Shown: positions 9,827-19,165, counted from the first letter of the stretch. The stretch is 64,000 nt of DNA from Acidobacteriota bacterium (GCA_021789895.1 JAJYIU010000012.1:33216-97215), one strand, 5' to 3'. Numbers and translations: made by a program. Notes: generated by a model not told the origin, from the sequence alone.

Positions 9827-10119
9827 CCCTGGTCTCGGGTATCTATCTGCTCGCGGTGCAGCAGGTGGCGCCGGCGGCGCCAGTTCGCACCGCGCACGCT
9901 GCCGCCGCCGGAACCGCACGCAGGCGGTTGCCGGCGGCAGCGCGCAACCCCGGCGCGAGAGCGGGGGGCGCCGTCGTTGAACCCATATCGCACTGGAGGC
10001 ATTTGCCCGAACCGCTGCTGGGAGCGTTGGTCGGCCTGGCCTGCATGCTGGCCGGCCGGCTGCTGCGGCGGCCCACACCTGCCGGGAGCGCCGCCGCGCG
10101 CGCTTACTCCGAAAAATAG
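9790..10119 (+). CDS. small membrane protein, hypothetical (two predicted TM helices)
   Basis: ATG 9790 is preceded by AAGGAAGGAG. Hydrophobic segments are RILLLLTLVSGIYLLAV and LLGALVGLACMLAG. It overlaps the upstream gene by 37 nt and the convergent HIT gene by 16 nt. Confidence 0.4.
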   Translation: MSRLVPRILLLLTLVSGIYLLAVQQVAPAAPVRTAHAAAAGTARRRLPAAARNPGARAGGAVVEPISHWRHLPEPLLGALVGLACMLAGRLLRRPTPAGSAAARAYSEK

Positions 10120-10586
10120 GGTTTCAGCCGCTGGTAGGTGCGGGAGAGGTCTTCGGGCAGAACCCGGGTCTCGCCAACGACTGTCATGAAGTTCGAATCG
10201 CCGAACCAGCGCGGGACCACGTGCAAATGCAAGTGGCCGGCGATGCCGGCGCCGGCGGCCTCGCCCAGGTTCATGCCCACATTGACGCCGTCCGGGCGGT
10301 ATTCGCGTAACAGCGCGCTTTCGGCGCGGGCGGCAATCGCCAGCATTTGCTGTTGCGCGGCCGCCGGCAGCTCGTGCAGCCAGGCGCGATGCTCGCAGGG
10401 AAAGATCATCAAATGGCCGTTGGTGTAGGGATATAGATTGAGAACGACCGCCACCTGGGAATAACGCGCCAGCACCAGGCGGGCGGCATCGTCGGCGGCG
10501 GCCAGATGATCGCAGAAGATGCAGCCTTCAATCTCGCGCACGGAAGCGAGATAGCGGTAGCGCCAGGGGGAGAAGAGGAAATCCAT
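10104..10586 (-). CDS. HIT-family nucleotide hydrolase/phosphorylase (Ap4A-phosphorylase-like subgroup)
   Basis: Carries the histidine triad GHLHLHVVPR. The N-terminus MDFLFSPWRYRYL is typical of this subgroup. I trimmed the start from GTG 10652 to ATG 10586. Confidence 0.8.
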   Translation of the reverse strand: MDFLFSPWRYRYLASVREIEGCIFCDHLAAADDAARLVLARYSQVAVVLNLYPYTNGHLMIFPCEHRAWLHELPAAAQQQMLAIAARAESALLREYRPDGVNVGMNLGEAAGAGIAGHLHLHVVPRWFGDSNFMTVVGETRVLPEDLSRTYQRLKPYFSE

Positions 10587-10627
10587 AAGCGGGTCTTGGG
10601 CGGCGGCGGCCTGCCGCGCCGAAACGG

Positions 10628-11161
10628 TTAAAAGAACAGATACTTGCGCCACTTCTCATCGCTTTTTCCCATCATTCGCATCAGGTGGCGGCTGGTGTGC
10701 AAATTGAGCGGCCGGGGAGGGCGCAGCAGGATCATTTCCGCCTCGGACGGGAGGCGATCGCTTTTGTGGTGGTTGCAAGGCTTGCAGCAAGCCACCAGGT
10801 TTTCCCAGGTGCTTTTTCCGCCGCGCGAGCGCGGCACGACGTGGTCGAGCGTCAACTCGGGCGCGGGCGCCAGGCGGCCGCAATACTGGCAGGTATTGCG
10901 GTCGCGCAGCAGAATATTTTTGCGCGACAGGGCGCGGCTGCGATGCGGAATGCGGCGGTAATCGAGCAGGCGAATTACCGAAGGCAGGGGGAGATGGAAA
11001 TGGCCGCCGTGCAGCACATGGCCGTTGTTTTCCTCGGCGCGCGCGACGCCCTTCAGCACCAGCACCACCGCCCGGCGCGCGGCGCAGACGTTGATCGGCT
11101 CGTAGGTGGCATTGAGCACCAGCACGGGAGCCAGCAGCACGTTGGCGGTTTCGGCGGACAT
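10628..11161 (-). CDS. HNH endonuclease domain protein
   Basis: HNH/zinc motif: CQYCGR...[34 protein letters not shown] 11161 lies 4 nt after the comF stop. Confidence 0.8.
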   Translation of the reverse strand: MSAETANVLLAPVLVLNATYEPINVCAARRAVVLVLKGVARAEENNGHVLHGGHFHLPLPSVIRLLDYRRIPHRSRALSRKNILLRDRNTCQYCGRLAPAPELTLDHVVPRSRGGKSTWENLVACCKPCNHHKSDRLPSEAEMILLRPPRPLNLHTSRHLMRMMGKSDEKWRKYLFF

Positions 11162-11165
11162 AGCA

Positions 11166-11894
11166 TCAGGCGCTGGCGCCCAGAACAAGCCCGGCCGCAT
11201 CCAGGTCGGCGCGGGCGATGGTAAGGACATGCACGGCGGCGGCGCCGGCAGATTTCAGGGTGCGCGCGCAGGCCTGGGCGGTGGCGCCGGTGGTCAGCAC
11301 GTCATCCAGCAGCAGGATTCGCCGTCCGGCCACACGGCGCGGCTCGGGACAGCGGAAGGCGTCTGCGACGTTGCGTTCCCGTTCTTCCCGGCTCAAGCCG
11401 GATTGCGACCAGGTTTCGCGGCGGCGCACCAGGACCGTCGGATCGCAGGGCAGCGCAGCCACTCGGGCCAGCCGGCGGGCCAGGATTTCGCTCTGGTTGA
11501 AACCCCGCTCGCGCAGCCGGGCGCGTCCCAGCGGCACCGGCACCAGCATGCCGGCATGCGCCGCCTCCAGCAGCGGCGCCAGGCGCGCGGCGAACCAATC
11601 GCCCGCGGGCAGCACCCGTCCATATTTATACAAGTGCAGCAGGGCCCGCGCCGCGCCGGCATAGACGGTCCAACTGGCGGCGGCATCGTAGGCCGGCGGA
11701 TGCACGCGACAAAACGCGCAGAGCGGCTCCGAGCACGCCTTGCCGCAGCGGCGGCATGAACTTTCGGGCTCGAGCGGCGGTATCGAATCCAGACAATCGT
11801 CACAGACCGGCAGGCGGGCGGCATGGCGCAGCGGCTGAGCGCACAGGCGGCAAGGGGCGGGAAGCAGGAGGCGTACGAACGCGTTCACCGCCAA
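11166..11894 (-). CDS. comF: ComF-family phosphoribosyltransferase-like protein
   Basis: N-terminal Cys pairs (CRLCAQPL...CDDCL, CRRCGK..CAFC) and a C-terminal PRTase loop [14 protein letters not shown]. Confidence 0.8.
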   Translation of the reverse strand: MAVNAFVRLLLPAPCRLCAQPLRHAARLPVCDDCLDSIPPLEPESSCRRCGKACSEPLCAFCRVHPPAYDAAASWTVYAGAARALLHLYKYGRVLPAGDWFAARLAPLLEAAHAGMLVPVPLGRARLRERGFNQSEILARRLARVAALPCDPTVLVRRRETWSQSGLSREERERNVADAFRCPEPRRVAGRRILLLDDVLTTGATAQACARTLKSAGAAAVHVLTIARADLDAAGLVLGASA

Positions 11895-12039
11895 TAACAG
11901 CGGTCGAGGGGCACTCGCTTGCCAATCAGTACTGCTGAAGATGCTCCTCCACTACTCACCCGATACCCGCATCATAGCACAGCACAATTTTACAGCTAGC
12001 CGGCTGCCATCCCGTTTCCGGCCAGGATTGAGGCGCGGT

Positions 12040-12930
12040 TCACAACCGGGCGAGAGTTTTTTCCATCAGCGCGCGGACCCCGGGGACAGGATCGCCGACG
12101 CCTTCGAATTCGAGCGAATAGGCGCCGGAGAAATGATCGCGGCGGGCAACAGCCATGGACATGGGGAAATTATCGGCGTAGAAGTGGCGGCCGTCGGGAG
12201 CGATGCCGTCTTTGGCATGGCAGATGTTGACGGCGTGCGGCATCAGACGGCGCAACGTCCAGAGCGCATACGCGGAACTGCGCACGGCGAAGTTGCCGAA
12301 ATCGGGGCAGGTGCCGGCGTTGGGCGCTTGCAGCGCGCGCAGCACGGCGAGAATCTTATCCGCACTTTCCGCATGGATATCGTCATTGTGAAACAGCACC
12401 CGGATGCCGCGGGAGCGGGCGTAGGCGGCGATGGGACGCAAGTTTCGGGCAGCGATCGCAGGCCGGTAGGGGCGCGGGCCGGAGAGCGGAAAGGTGGCGC
12501 TGGGCGAGCCCAAGCGCACGGCAATGTCAATCCAGAGCCGAGCAGCGCGCATGGCCGCGGCCGGATCGAGCCGCGGATTGTACAGTCCTCCGGGAATCTC
12601 GACCCCCATTAAATTGACCACGCGCGAGCGGGCGCGACGCACGCCGGCAAGCACGCGGCCCACATAAGCGGCGGTGGTGGCGCGAAAGTGCTGGGGCAGA
12701 AATTCGACCTGATGGATGCCGAAATGATCGGCGAGAAATTCGGGGAATTGCTCCAGATGCAGCAGTGGGAAGCGCGGGTCGCGGTAGCGATGCATCTCCG
12801 GGGTATCGAAATAGCCGCGGAACGGCCAGCTATTGCAAGCCAGGCGGCGCTTGCCGGCGGCAGGGGAAAGCTTGACGCCGGCCAGGGCGGCCAGCGCCAG
12901 GGAGGAAAAGTCGCGGCGTGAAATCAGCAT
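12040..12930 (-). CDS. xylose-isomerase-like TIM-barrel protein (sugar phosphate isomerase/epimerase family) with a Tat-type signal
   Basis: Starts at ATG 12930 with MLISRRDFSSLALAALAG (a twin-Arg signal). The rest resembles AP-endonuclease-2/xylose-isomerase-like TIM-barrel proteins. Confidence 0.7.
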   Translation of the reverse strand: MLISRRDFSSLALAALAGVKLSPAAGKRRLACNSWPFRGYFDTPEMHRYRDPRFPLLHLEQFPEFLADHFGIHQVEFLPQHFRATTAAYVGRVLAGVRRARSRVVNLMGVEIPGGLYNPRLDPAAAMRAARLWIDIAVRLGSPSATFPLSGPRPYRPAIAARNLRPIAAYARSRGIRVLFHNDDIHAESADKILAVLRALQAPNAGTCPDFGNFAVRSSAYALWTLRRLMPHAVNICHAKDGIAPDGRHFYADNFPMSMAVARRDHFSGAYSLEFEGVGDPVPGVRALMEKTLARL

Positions 12931-12988
12931 GGCAAGCCTAACCGGCGGAAGCGATCGCGGCGGCGGGATGCAACCGCCGCCGGCAGTA

Positions 12989-13858
12989 TTAAACATCGCA
13001 TAATTCGGCTGCCTGGCGCAGCGATGCGAGCGGATCGGGACCGGCCGGAATGAATTCGTGGGCAACATAGCCGGTGAATCCGGTGGCCAGAATGCCGCGC
13101 ATGACCCCATCCCAGCGGACTTCCTGGTGCCCATTCAGCTCATGCCGGCCGGGCACCCCACCGGTATGGAAGTGGGCGATCCATTCGCGGTTGGCCTGAA
13201 TCGTGCGAATCAGATCGCCTTCCATGATTTGCATGTGGTAGATGTCAAACAGCAATTTGACCCGCGGTGAATTCACCGCGCGCACCACGCTGACTCCCCA
13301 GGCGACATGGTCGCACATGTAATCGGGATGATCGATTTTGCTGTTGAGCAGCTCCATGCAGATGGTGACGCCATGATCTTCGGCGAGGGGCTTGAGCCGA
13401 TTCAACGCGGCGATGCAGTTGTTGGCGCCCACATCATCCGGCATGCCCTTGCGCGCGCCGGAAAAACAGATCACGTTGGGGACGCCCGCGCGCGCCGCCA
13501 GCGGAAGGTTGCGGCGGAAAGAAGCCTCGATCGGCGGCAAATTTTCCGGCTGGTTGAGGCCATTGTAAATATCGTCGGCGCCGGCGTAGCCCATCGTGCA
13601 GATCAGGCCGTAGCGGCGGGGCGCCGCCCAATGGGACGGCGGCAGCAGGTCAATTCCCCGCAAGCCGATGGCGGCGGCGGCGCGGCATAGGTCATGCAGG
13701 CGGATTTTGGGATAACACCAGCGGGCGACGGATTGGTGTACGCGACCGCGCCGCACCACCGGGCTTACCGGCAATCCCTTCCCCCAAACCGCCTCGCCGG
13801 CGGCGGCGCCGGCGGCAGCCGCCACGGACAAGAGCCGGCGTCGAGTGAAGTTGGGCAT
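12989..13858 (-). CDS. hydroxypyruvate-isomerase-like TIM-barrel protein with a Tat-type signal
   Basis: Starts at ATG 13858 with MPNFTRRRLLSVAAAAGAAAG. Motifs MELLNSKIDHPDYMCDH, FDIYHMQIMEGDL and HFHTGGVPGRHEL match the Hyi-like family. Confidence 0.75.
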   Translation of the reverse strand: MPNFTRRRLLSVAAAAGAAAGEAVWGKGLPVSPVVRRGRVHQSVARWCYPKIRLHDLCRAAAAIGLRGIDLLPPSHWAAPRRYGLICTMGYAGADDIYNGLNQPENLPPIEASFRRNLPLAARAGVPNVICFSGARKGMPDDVGANNCIAALNRLKPLAEDHGVTICMELLNSKIDHPDYMCDHVAWGVSVVRAVNSPRVKLLFDIYHMQIMEGDLIRTIQANREWIAHFHTGGVPGRHELNGHQEVRWDGVMRGILATGFTGYVAHEFIPAGPDPLASLRQAAELCDV

Positions 13859-13874
13859 AGGACAGGACGGGGTG

Positions 13875-13903
13875 AGTATAGCCCGCCTTCCCGCCGGAGC
13901 CAA
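13875..13903 (-). promoter_or_regulatory. candidate sigma-70 promoter for the TIM-barrel gene pair
   Basis: On the minus strand: TTGGCT (13903-13898), a 17-nt spacer, then TATACT (13880-13875), about 17 nt upstream of ATG 13858. Confidence 0.4.
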
Positions 13904-13917
13904 CCATTTCACTGCGC

Positions 13918-13946
13918 AAAAAAAGAGGGATGCTGCCGCATCCCTC
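13918..13946 (-). terminator. rho-independent terminator downstream of argD
   Basis: The minus strand reads GAGGGATGC-GGCA-GCATCCCTC (a perfect 9-bp stem with a 4-nt loop) followed by TTTTTTT (plus-strand A7 at 13918-13924). Confidence 0.65.
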
Positions 13947-14102
13947 GGACTCGTGTGCAGACGACAGAGGCGATTCTATGCAAATTGGATTCGTCTCCCG
14001 GCGTTGGGTTGCATAAGGAATGCAAAAAGTGAGCTGAATTCGGCTAAACCACCCGGCGTGCGCCGGGTCACAGCTTAAGTCAACGTAAGCCGAGGGCGCG
14101 AG

Positions 14103-15359
14103 TCAGGGTAGCTGTTTTTGCTCGCGTTGCACTGTGCGCAAGGCGCGCGAAAGGGTCTTCAGGGCCAGGCGGACATGGCGGGGCTCGATGATGTAGGGTG
14201 GCAGCAGGCGCACTACACTTTCGTGGGTAGCATTGAGCAGCAGGCCCATCTGCCGGGCCTGGTCCACCACCGGCCGGGCGGGGCGGTCGAGCTGCAAAGC
14301 CAGGATCAGCCCCTGGCCCCGCACGGCGCTCGCCATGGCATTGCGGCGGACGATATTTTCCAGGCCTTCGCGCAGCAGTGCCCCCATCGCGCGGACGTTT
14401 TCCAGCAAGCCGTCTTGCTCGACGATATCGAGAAACTCCAGCGCCAGGCGGCAGGCGAGCGGCCCTCCCCCGAAAGTGGTCCCGTGCATGCCGGGATGAA
14501 ACAGTTCCGCCGCCGGACCACGCGCCAGCAGGCAACTGAGCGGGAAGCCGGCGGCAATGGGCTTGGCCGCAGTCACCAGATCGGGTTCGATGCCGGCGGC
14601 CTGATAGGCGAACCATTGGCCGGTGCGCCCCAGGCCGCATTGAATTTCATCGATCACCAGCAGCGCCCGGTGGCGGCGGGTCAGCTCGGCGGCCAGTTGC
14701 AGAAAATCCGGTTCGGCGGGATAGACTCCGCCTTCACCCTGAATGCTCTCGATAAAAATGGCGCAGGTGCGATCGCTGACCACGGCGCGCAGGCCTTCGG
14801 CATCATTGAAGGGGGCCAGGCGCACTCCGGGCAGTAGCGGCTGGTATGGTTCGCGATATTTAGCCTGTCCGGTAATGGATAATGCGCCACAAGTGCGGCC
14901 ATGGAAGGAGTTTTCCAGCGCGACCAGTTCAATCTTTTCCGGAGCGATGGCGCGCCCGTGCAGCCGCGCGATTTTGATCGCGGCTTCGACGGCTTCAGCA
15001 CCGCTATTGGCAAAAAAAGCGCGTTCCATGCCGGCCAGCCTGGCCAGCCGCTCCGCCAACTGCCCCTGATAATCGTGGTAATAGAGATTGGAGAGATGAA
15101 GCAGGCGGCGGCCCTGTTCGCGCAATACGCGGGTGATGCGCGGGTGGGCATAGCCGAGCGCGTTCACCGCGATGCCGGCAAGAAAATCGAGATAGCGGCG
15201 GCCCTCGGCATCATAAAGCCAGGGGCCCTTGCCCTCGACCGCCAGCAGGGGAATGCGGTCGTAGGTGCGCAGCAGGACGCGGCTTTCCAGTTCTTTTACC
15301 TGCTCCAGCCGAGGCCGGGGAGAGGCAGTGGCGGCGGCGAAAGGGTTCGAATCGGCCAT
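14103..15359 (-). CDS. argD: acetylornithine aminotransferase (class III PLP aminotransferase)
   Basis: 418 aa. Class-III aminotransferase profile throughout: FANSGAEAVEAAIKIAR, LLVIDEIQCGLGRTG, DLVTAAKPIAAGFP. Confidence 0.85.
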   Translation of the reverse strand: MADSNPFAAATASPRPRLEQVKELESRVLLRTYDRIPLLAVEGKGPWLYDAEGRRYLDFLAGIAVNALGYAHPRITRVLREQGRRLLHLSNLYYHDYQGQLAERLARLAGMERAFFANSGAEAVEAAIKIARLHGRAIAPEKIELVALENSFHGRTCGALSITGQAKYREPYQPLLPGVRLAPFNDAEGLRAVVSDRTCAIFIESIQGEGGVYPAEPDFLQLAAELTRRHRALLVIDEIQCGLGRTGQWFAYQAAGIEPDLVTAAKPIAAGFPLSCLLARGPAAELFHPGMHGTTFGGGPLACRLALEFLDIVEQDGLLENVRAMGALLREGLENIVRRNAMASAVRGQGLILALQLDRPARPVVDQARQMGLLLNATHESVVRLLPPYIIEPRHVRLALKTLSRALRTVQREQKQLP

Positions 15360-15417
15360 AGGTAACCTTAGCAGTTTTTCAGCGCCGGCAGACTGTGATG
15401 CCGGCGGCCGGCGCGGG

Positions 15418-16401
15418 TCAATAACCGCGTTTTTTATCCAGCTCGTAGAGCAGCGGCTGATGCGCCAGATAGCGACGCAAGTTCCCGGCGAAGAGCTCGC
15501 GCTGGCGTTCCCACAAGACTGGCGTGGCGCCGGCCATGTGGGGCGTGATCAATACCGAGGGGAGGGACCAGAGCACTGAGTCGCGCGGCAGCGGTTCATG
15601 CTCGAAAACATCCAATCCCGCGCCGGCGATGCGGCCGGAGCGCAAAGCTTCGATCAGGGCGTTTTCATCAACCAGGGCGCCGCGGCCGACATTGATCAAA
15701 TAGGCGTCAGGCCGCATGCGAGCCAGTTCAGCCGGGCCAATCAGGGCGCGAGTTTCCGGCGTAATGGGCAGCGCCAGCACAATCCATTGCGCTTGGGCGA
15801 AGAGTTCATGCAGCCGCTCGGGCGGGAAGACGGCATCGGCGCCGGCGGCGCCCAATTCAGGATGGCGGCGCAGGGCCAGCACTCGCATTTCCAGGGTTTT
15901 GAGCATGGGAACCAGCGCGCGCCCGATCTCGCCCAGGCCGGCGAGCAGAGCGGTTTCATCGCGCAACTCGCGCACGCCACCCGAGGCCTGCAGCAACACG
16001 GCGGGCGACCACTCGCGGCGGAGTTGCAGGTCGCGCGCGAGCGGCAGGCCGCGCGCCAGGGCCAGCATCAGCGCCAGCGCATGTCCGGCGACGACCCCGG
16101 CGTGAACTGCCCGGGCGTTGGTCAGTCGCACCGGAGAGGCGACCAGCGCGGGGAAAAGCATCTGGTGCACGGCGGCGGCGGGGGAATGAATCCAGGCCAG
16201 GCGGGGAGCGGCGGCAAATTGATCCGGGGTAAGCTGCCAGCCAACGTAGATATCGGCATCGGCGAGCGCCGCCGCCAGTTGGGCGGCATCGGCCACTTCC
16301 TGAAATTGGATCTGCGGAAATTCCTGCCGCAGGCGGGCGGTGGCCGCGGGAGGCCAATTCCACAACGGCGAACGGTGGCGGACCGAGATGACGACGTTCA
16401 T
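15418..16401 (-). CDS. D-isomer-specific 2-hydroxyacid dehydrogenase family protein
   Basis: NAD-binding GLGEIGRAL plus NVGRGALVDENALIEALRSGRIAGAGLDVFEHEPLP. The start overlaps the upstream stop (ATGA). Confidence 0.85.
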   Translation of the reverse strand: MNVVISVRHRSPLWNWPPAATARLRQEFPQIQFQEVADAAQLAAALADADIYVGWQLTPDQFAAAPRLAWIHSPAAAVHQMLFPALVASPVRLTNARAVHAGVVAGHALALMLALARGLPLARDLQLRREWSPAVLLQASGGVRELRDETALLAGLGEIGRALVPMLKTLEMRVLALRRHPELGAAGADAVFPPERLHELFAQAQWIVLALPITPETRALIGPAELARMRPDAYLINVGRGALVDENALIEALRSGRIAGAGLDVFEHEPLPRDSVLWSLPSVLITPHMAGATPVLWERQRELFAGNLRRYLAHQPLLYELDKKRGY

Positions 16402-17141
16402 GAGCGGAAGGTTTCCGCCGCCTCTTCTTCAAAGCGGGTTTTAGCGGCGGCATTGAAAGCGAGCAGCGCATGCCGGTCGAATAAGCCGGTGTAGAACGCC
16501 ATGCCCAGCACACTATGGCAGCCCAGTTCATCGAGCTCGCGCAACAGTTCCAGGTTGGCAATTCCGCCGGCTACGGTCAGCGGCCGGCGGGTGGCGGCGC
16601 GTACGGCGCGAATCGGCTCCAGCGGCATCCCCTGCATCAGGCCTTCGGTATCCACGTGGGTATAGAGAAACTCGCCGCAATAAGGTTCAAGCCCGGCGAT
16701 AGCCTGCACCGGCGTGAGCGGCAGGCGCTCGCGCCAGCCGCGCACCGCGACCTGGCCCGCGCGCGCGTCCACGGCAAACACCAACCGCCTGCGGCCGAGC
16801 GGCTGCAGCGCATTGAGCAATTCGGCATCCGGTTGGCCATCGCGGAACAATGCGCTGGAGAGGATGACGCGCTCGGCGCCCCATGCCAGCGCTTCGCGGG
16901 CGCGCTCGAGCGAACGCAGGCCGCCGCCGACGCGAATCCGATACCCGGCCTGGCAGCAGCGGCGCACCAGTTCGCGGTTGTCGCCCTCGCCTTTGGCGGC
17001 ATCGAGATCGATGACTTGCAGCCAGGCAAAGCCGCGCATGGCCGCGAGCACCGGCTCCAATTCGCGTTCCAAGGCGAGGCGCTCGCCTTGCACCAGTTGC
17101 ACCACTTTGCCATGGGCGAAATCGATGGCGGGAATAATCAT
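16398..17141 (-). CDS. hisA: HisA/HisF-family (beta/alpha)8 protein, ProFAR-isomerase-like
   Basis: MIIPAIDFAHGKVVQLVQGE, IRVGGGLRS and VAGGIANLELL resemble HisA. The gene is not in a his operon here. Confidence 0.6.
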   Translation of the reverse strand: MIIPAIDFAHGKVVQLVQGERLALERELEPVLAAMRGFAWLQVIDLDAAKGEGDNRELVRRCCQAGYRIRVGGGLRSLERAREALAWGAERVILSSALFRDGQPDAELLNALQPLGRRRLVFAVDARAGQVAVRGWRERLPLTPVQAIAGLEPYCGEFLYTHVDTEGLMQGMPLEPIRAVRAATRRPLTVAGGIANLELLRELDELGCHSVLGMAFYTGLFDRHALLAFNAAAKTRFEEEAAETFRS

Positions 17142-17153
17142 CCGGGCTCCATT

Positions 17154-17561
17154 ATGGCCGGTTTGCTAAACTGGCGTTCGATGCCGCGCTGCCGCCTGCG
17201 TAAATCGGGCTTTCACTTCAACGCCCTGCATAGCTTTCCCGGCGACGATGGGTTGGATGCCCAGCCGCACGGCCATGACTATGAACTGGCGCTGCTGCTC
17301 GAGGGCGCGCCGCAATCGGGGAAAATGCTGTTCGATGCGCGCCGGCTGACCGAGTTGGCGCAGCGCGAGGTGATTGCCGCCCTGGATCATCAGGACTTGA
17401 ACCGGCTGCTTCCCTACCCCAGCGCCGAGGCGCTGGCGGAATGGATTTGGCGGCGGCTGCGTCCCCACCTGCCAGCGCAGTTGCGCCTGGGCATCGAGCT
17501 GTGGGAAACGCCCCGGCTGGGGCTGGAGTACTGGGGCGATGAAACTGCAGCGGACGCGTGA
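17154..17561 (+). CDS. queD: 6-carboxy-5,6,7,8-tetrahydropterin synthase (6-pyruvoyl-tetrahydropterin synthase family)
   Basis: FHFNALHSF...HGHDYELALLLEG is a PTPS/QueD signature. The upstream part of track ORF 16515..17561 is antisense to hisA and is discarded. An alternative start is ATG 17181. Confidence 0.7.
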   Translation: MAGLLNWRSMPRCRLRKSGFHFNALHSFPGDDGLDAQPHGHDYELALLLEGAPQSGKMLFDARRLTELAQREVIAALDHQDLNRLLPYPSAEALAEWIWRRLRPHLPAQLRLGIELWETPRLGLEYWGDETAADA

Positions 17562-17670
17562 AAATAGCCCTCGGCTGCGCGGTGAGCCGCGCGGAATTAT
17601 CGTACACTGCTGAAAGCGGCGGCCCCGGCTGCGGCCGGCGCGGTCTCACCGGATAAGGAGCGGATGCGGC

Positions 17671-18171
17671 ATGAAGAAATTCCTGCTGGGATGGTTTCTG
17701 GGCTGGCTCGCGATTATCGCCGGGGCCTACTTGTTCGTCCGGTCCGGGCATGCGCCGGTCGCCACCCAGTCAGGACCGCTGCCACTGGAAACGTTTTTCG
17801 CCAAGACGGCGCTGCATGCCGCGGTCGCGCCCGCGGCCAGGCTGAAATCGCCCCTGCCGGCGAATTCCGATAATTTCTTCGGCGGCGTGATGGTGTATAA
17901 CCATAACTGCGCCTTCTGCCATGGCGAGCCCAACCACCCCTCGCAGATCGCCAAGGGAATGTTCCCGCCCCCGCCGCAGTTGTTCAATCCCGACGAAATG
18001 GTCACCGACGACCCGGTGGGCATCACGTACTGGAAAGTGAAAAACGGCATCCGGCTGAGCGGCATGCCGGCGTTTCACGCCAAGTTGTCGGAAGAGCAGA
18101 TGTGGCAGGTCAGCTTATTGCTGCGCAATGCGAACAAGCTGCCGCCGGCGGTGGAAGCCGCGCTGAAATAG
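17671..18171 (+). CDS. membrane-anchored c-type cytochrome
   Basis: N-terminal TM helix (FLLGWFLGWLAIIAGAYLF), a single CAFCH haem motif, and a distal Met region (LSGMPAF). Confidence 0.8.
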   Translation: MKKFLLGWFLGWLAIIAGAYLFVRSGHAPVATQSGPLPLETFFAKTALHAAVAPAARLKSPLPANSDNFFGGVMVYNHNCAFCHGEPNHPSQIAKGMFPPPPQLFNPDEMVTDDPVGITYWKVKNGIRLSGMPAFHAKLSEEQMWQVSLLLRNANKLPPAVEAALK

Positions 18172-18187
18172 CCGCCCGGCGGCGCGC

Positions 18188-19165
18188 TCAGATTTTCATC
18201 TGCGGTTTTCGAATGCAGCGCGCGGCCGGGGCGGCGGCGAGCACTTCGGCCGGCAAGCTGAAGCGCACATTTTCATCCACCTCGCCGGTTTCTTCCACGC
18301 GCTCGAAGCCAAAGCGGCGGCGCAGCGCCTCCACCACTTCCTGCACCAGCGATTCGGGCGCGGAAGCGCCGGCGGTCAAACCCAGGCGCTCGACGTTGCG
18401 CAGCCAGGCGGATTCGATGGCGGCCGCATTTTCGATGCGGTAAGAGGGCGCGCCGGCGTTGCGAGCGACCTCGACCAGGCGCAGTGAATTGGAGCTGTTT
18501 TCCGAGCCCACCACCAGCACCAGGTCGAGGCGCGGGGCGGCCAGCTTCAATGCGGTCTGCCGGTTCTGGGTGGCGTAGCAGATGTCCTGCGCCTTGGGCG
18601 CGAGAATGCGGGGAAAACGGCGGCGCAAGACGGCGATGATGGCGGCGGTTTCGTCCAGGCTGAGCGTCGTCTGGGTGAGATAGGCCAGGCGGCCGGGATG
18701 AGCCACTTCGAGCGCTTCGGCCTGTTCCACGGTTTCGACCACCGGCGTGCCGGGCGGAACTTCGCCCAGCAGACCGACGATTTCGTCGTGCGAGCGGTGG
18801 CCGATGATGACAATATCAATGCCCCGGCGCAAATAATCGCGCGCCTCGAAATGAACCTTGCTGACCAGCGGGCAGGTGGCGTCAATGATCTCCAGCCGCC
18901 GCGCCCGGGCTTGTTCCCAGAGCTGCGGCGCGACCCCATGTGCGCTGAAAAACACTCGCGCCCCCTCGGGCACCTGCTCCAGCGCGTGCACGAATACCGC
19001 GCCCCGCGCCTCCAGCGTCCCAATCACGGCGCGGTTGTGCACGATTTCCTTCAGCACGTAAATGGGCGGCCCGAATTTGTCGAGCGCGCGCTCCACTGCC
19101 TCGACGGCGCGCACCACACCGGCGCAAAAACCCCGCGGCTTGAGGATGAAAACGGTTTTGGGCAT
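18188..19165 (-). CDS. ispH: 4-hydroxy-3-methylbut-2-enyl diphosphate reductase
   Basis: 325 aa. PRGFCAGVVRAVE and later conserved Cys/His positions are typical of IspH/LytB. Confidence 0.92.
   Translation of the reverse strand: MPKTVFILKPRGFCAGVVRAVEAVERALDKFGPPIYVLKEIVHNRAVIGTLEARGAVFVHALEQVPEGARVFFSAHGVAPQLWEQARARRLEIIDATCPLVSKVHFEARDYLRRGIDIVIIGHRSHDEIVGLLGEVPPGTPVVETVEQAEALEVAHPGRLAYLTQTTLSLDETAAIIAVLRRRFPRILAPKAQDICYATQNRQTALKLAAPRLDLVLVVGSENSSNSLRLVEVARNAGAPSYRIENAAAIESAWLRNVERLGLTAGASAPESLVQEVVEALRRRFGFERVEETGEVDENVRFSLPAEVLAAAPAARCIRKPQMKI

Noticed and set aside
10587-10652. Longer HIT protein starting at GTG 10652
   Set aside because: The extra 22 aa ([21 protein letters not shown]) overlap the HNH gene's 3' end. 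Homologs of this HIT subgroup begin close to the PWR motif, so ATG 10586 is preferred, though the longer form is not excluded.
16515-17153. 5' extension of the queD ORF (track ORF 16515..17561)
   Set aside because: The extension is antisense to the hisA-like gene and has no PTPS similarity. The QueD homology begins near ATG 17154/17181.
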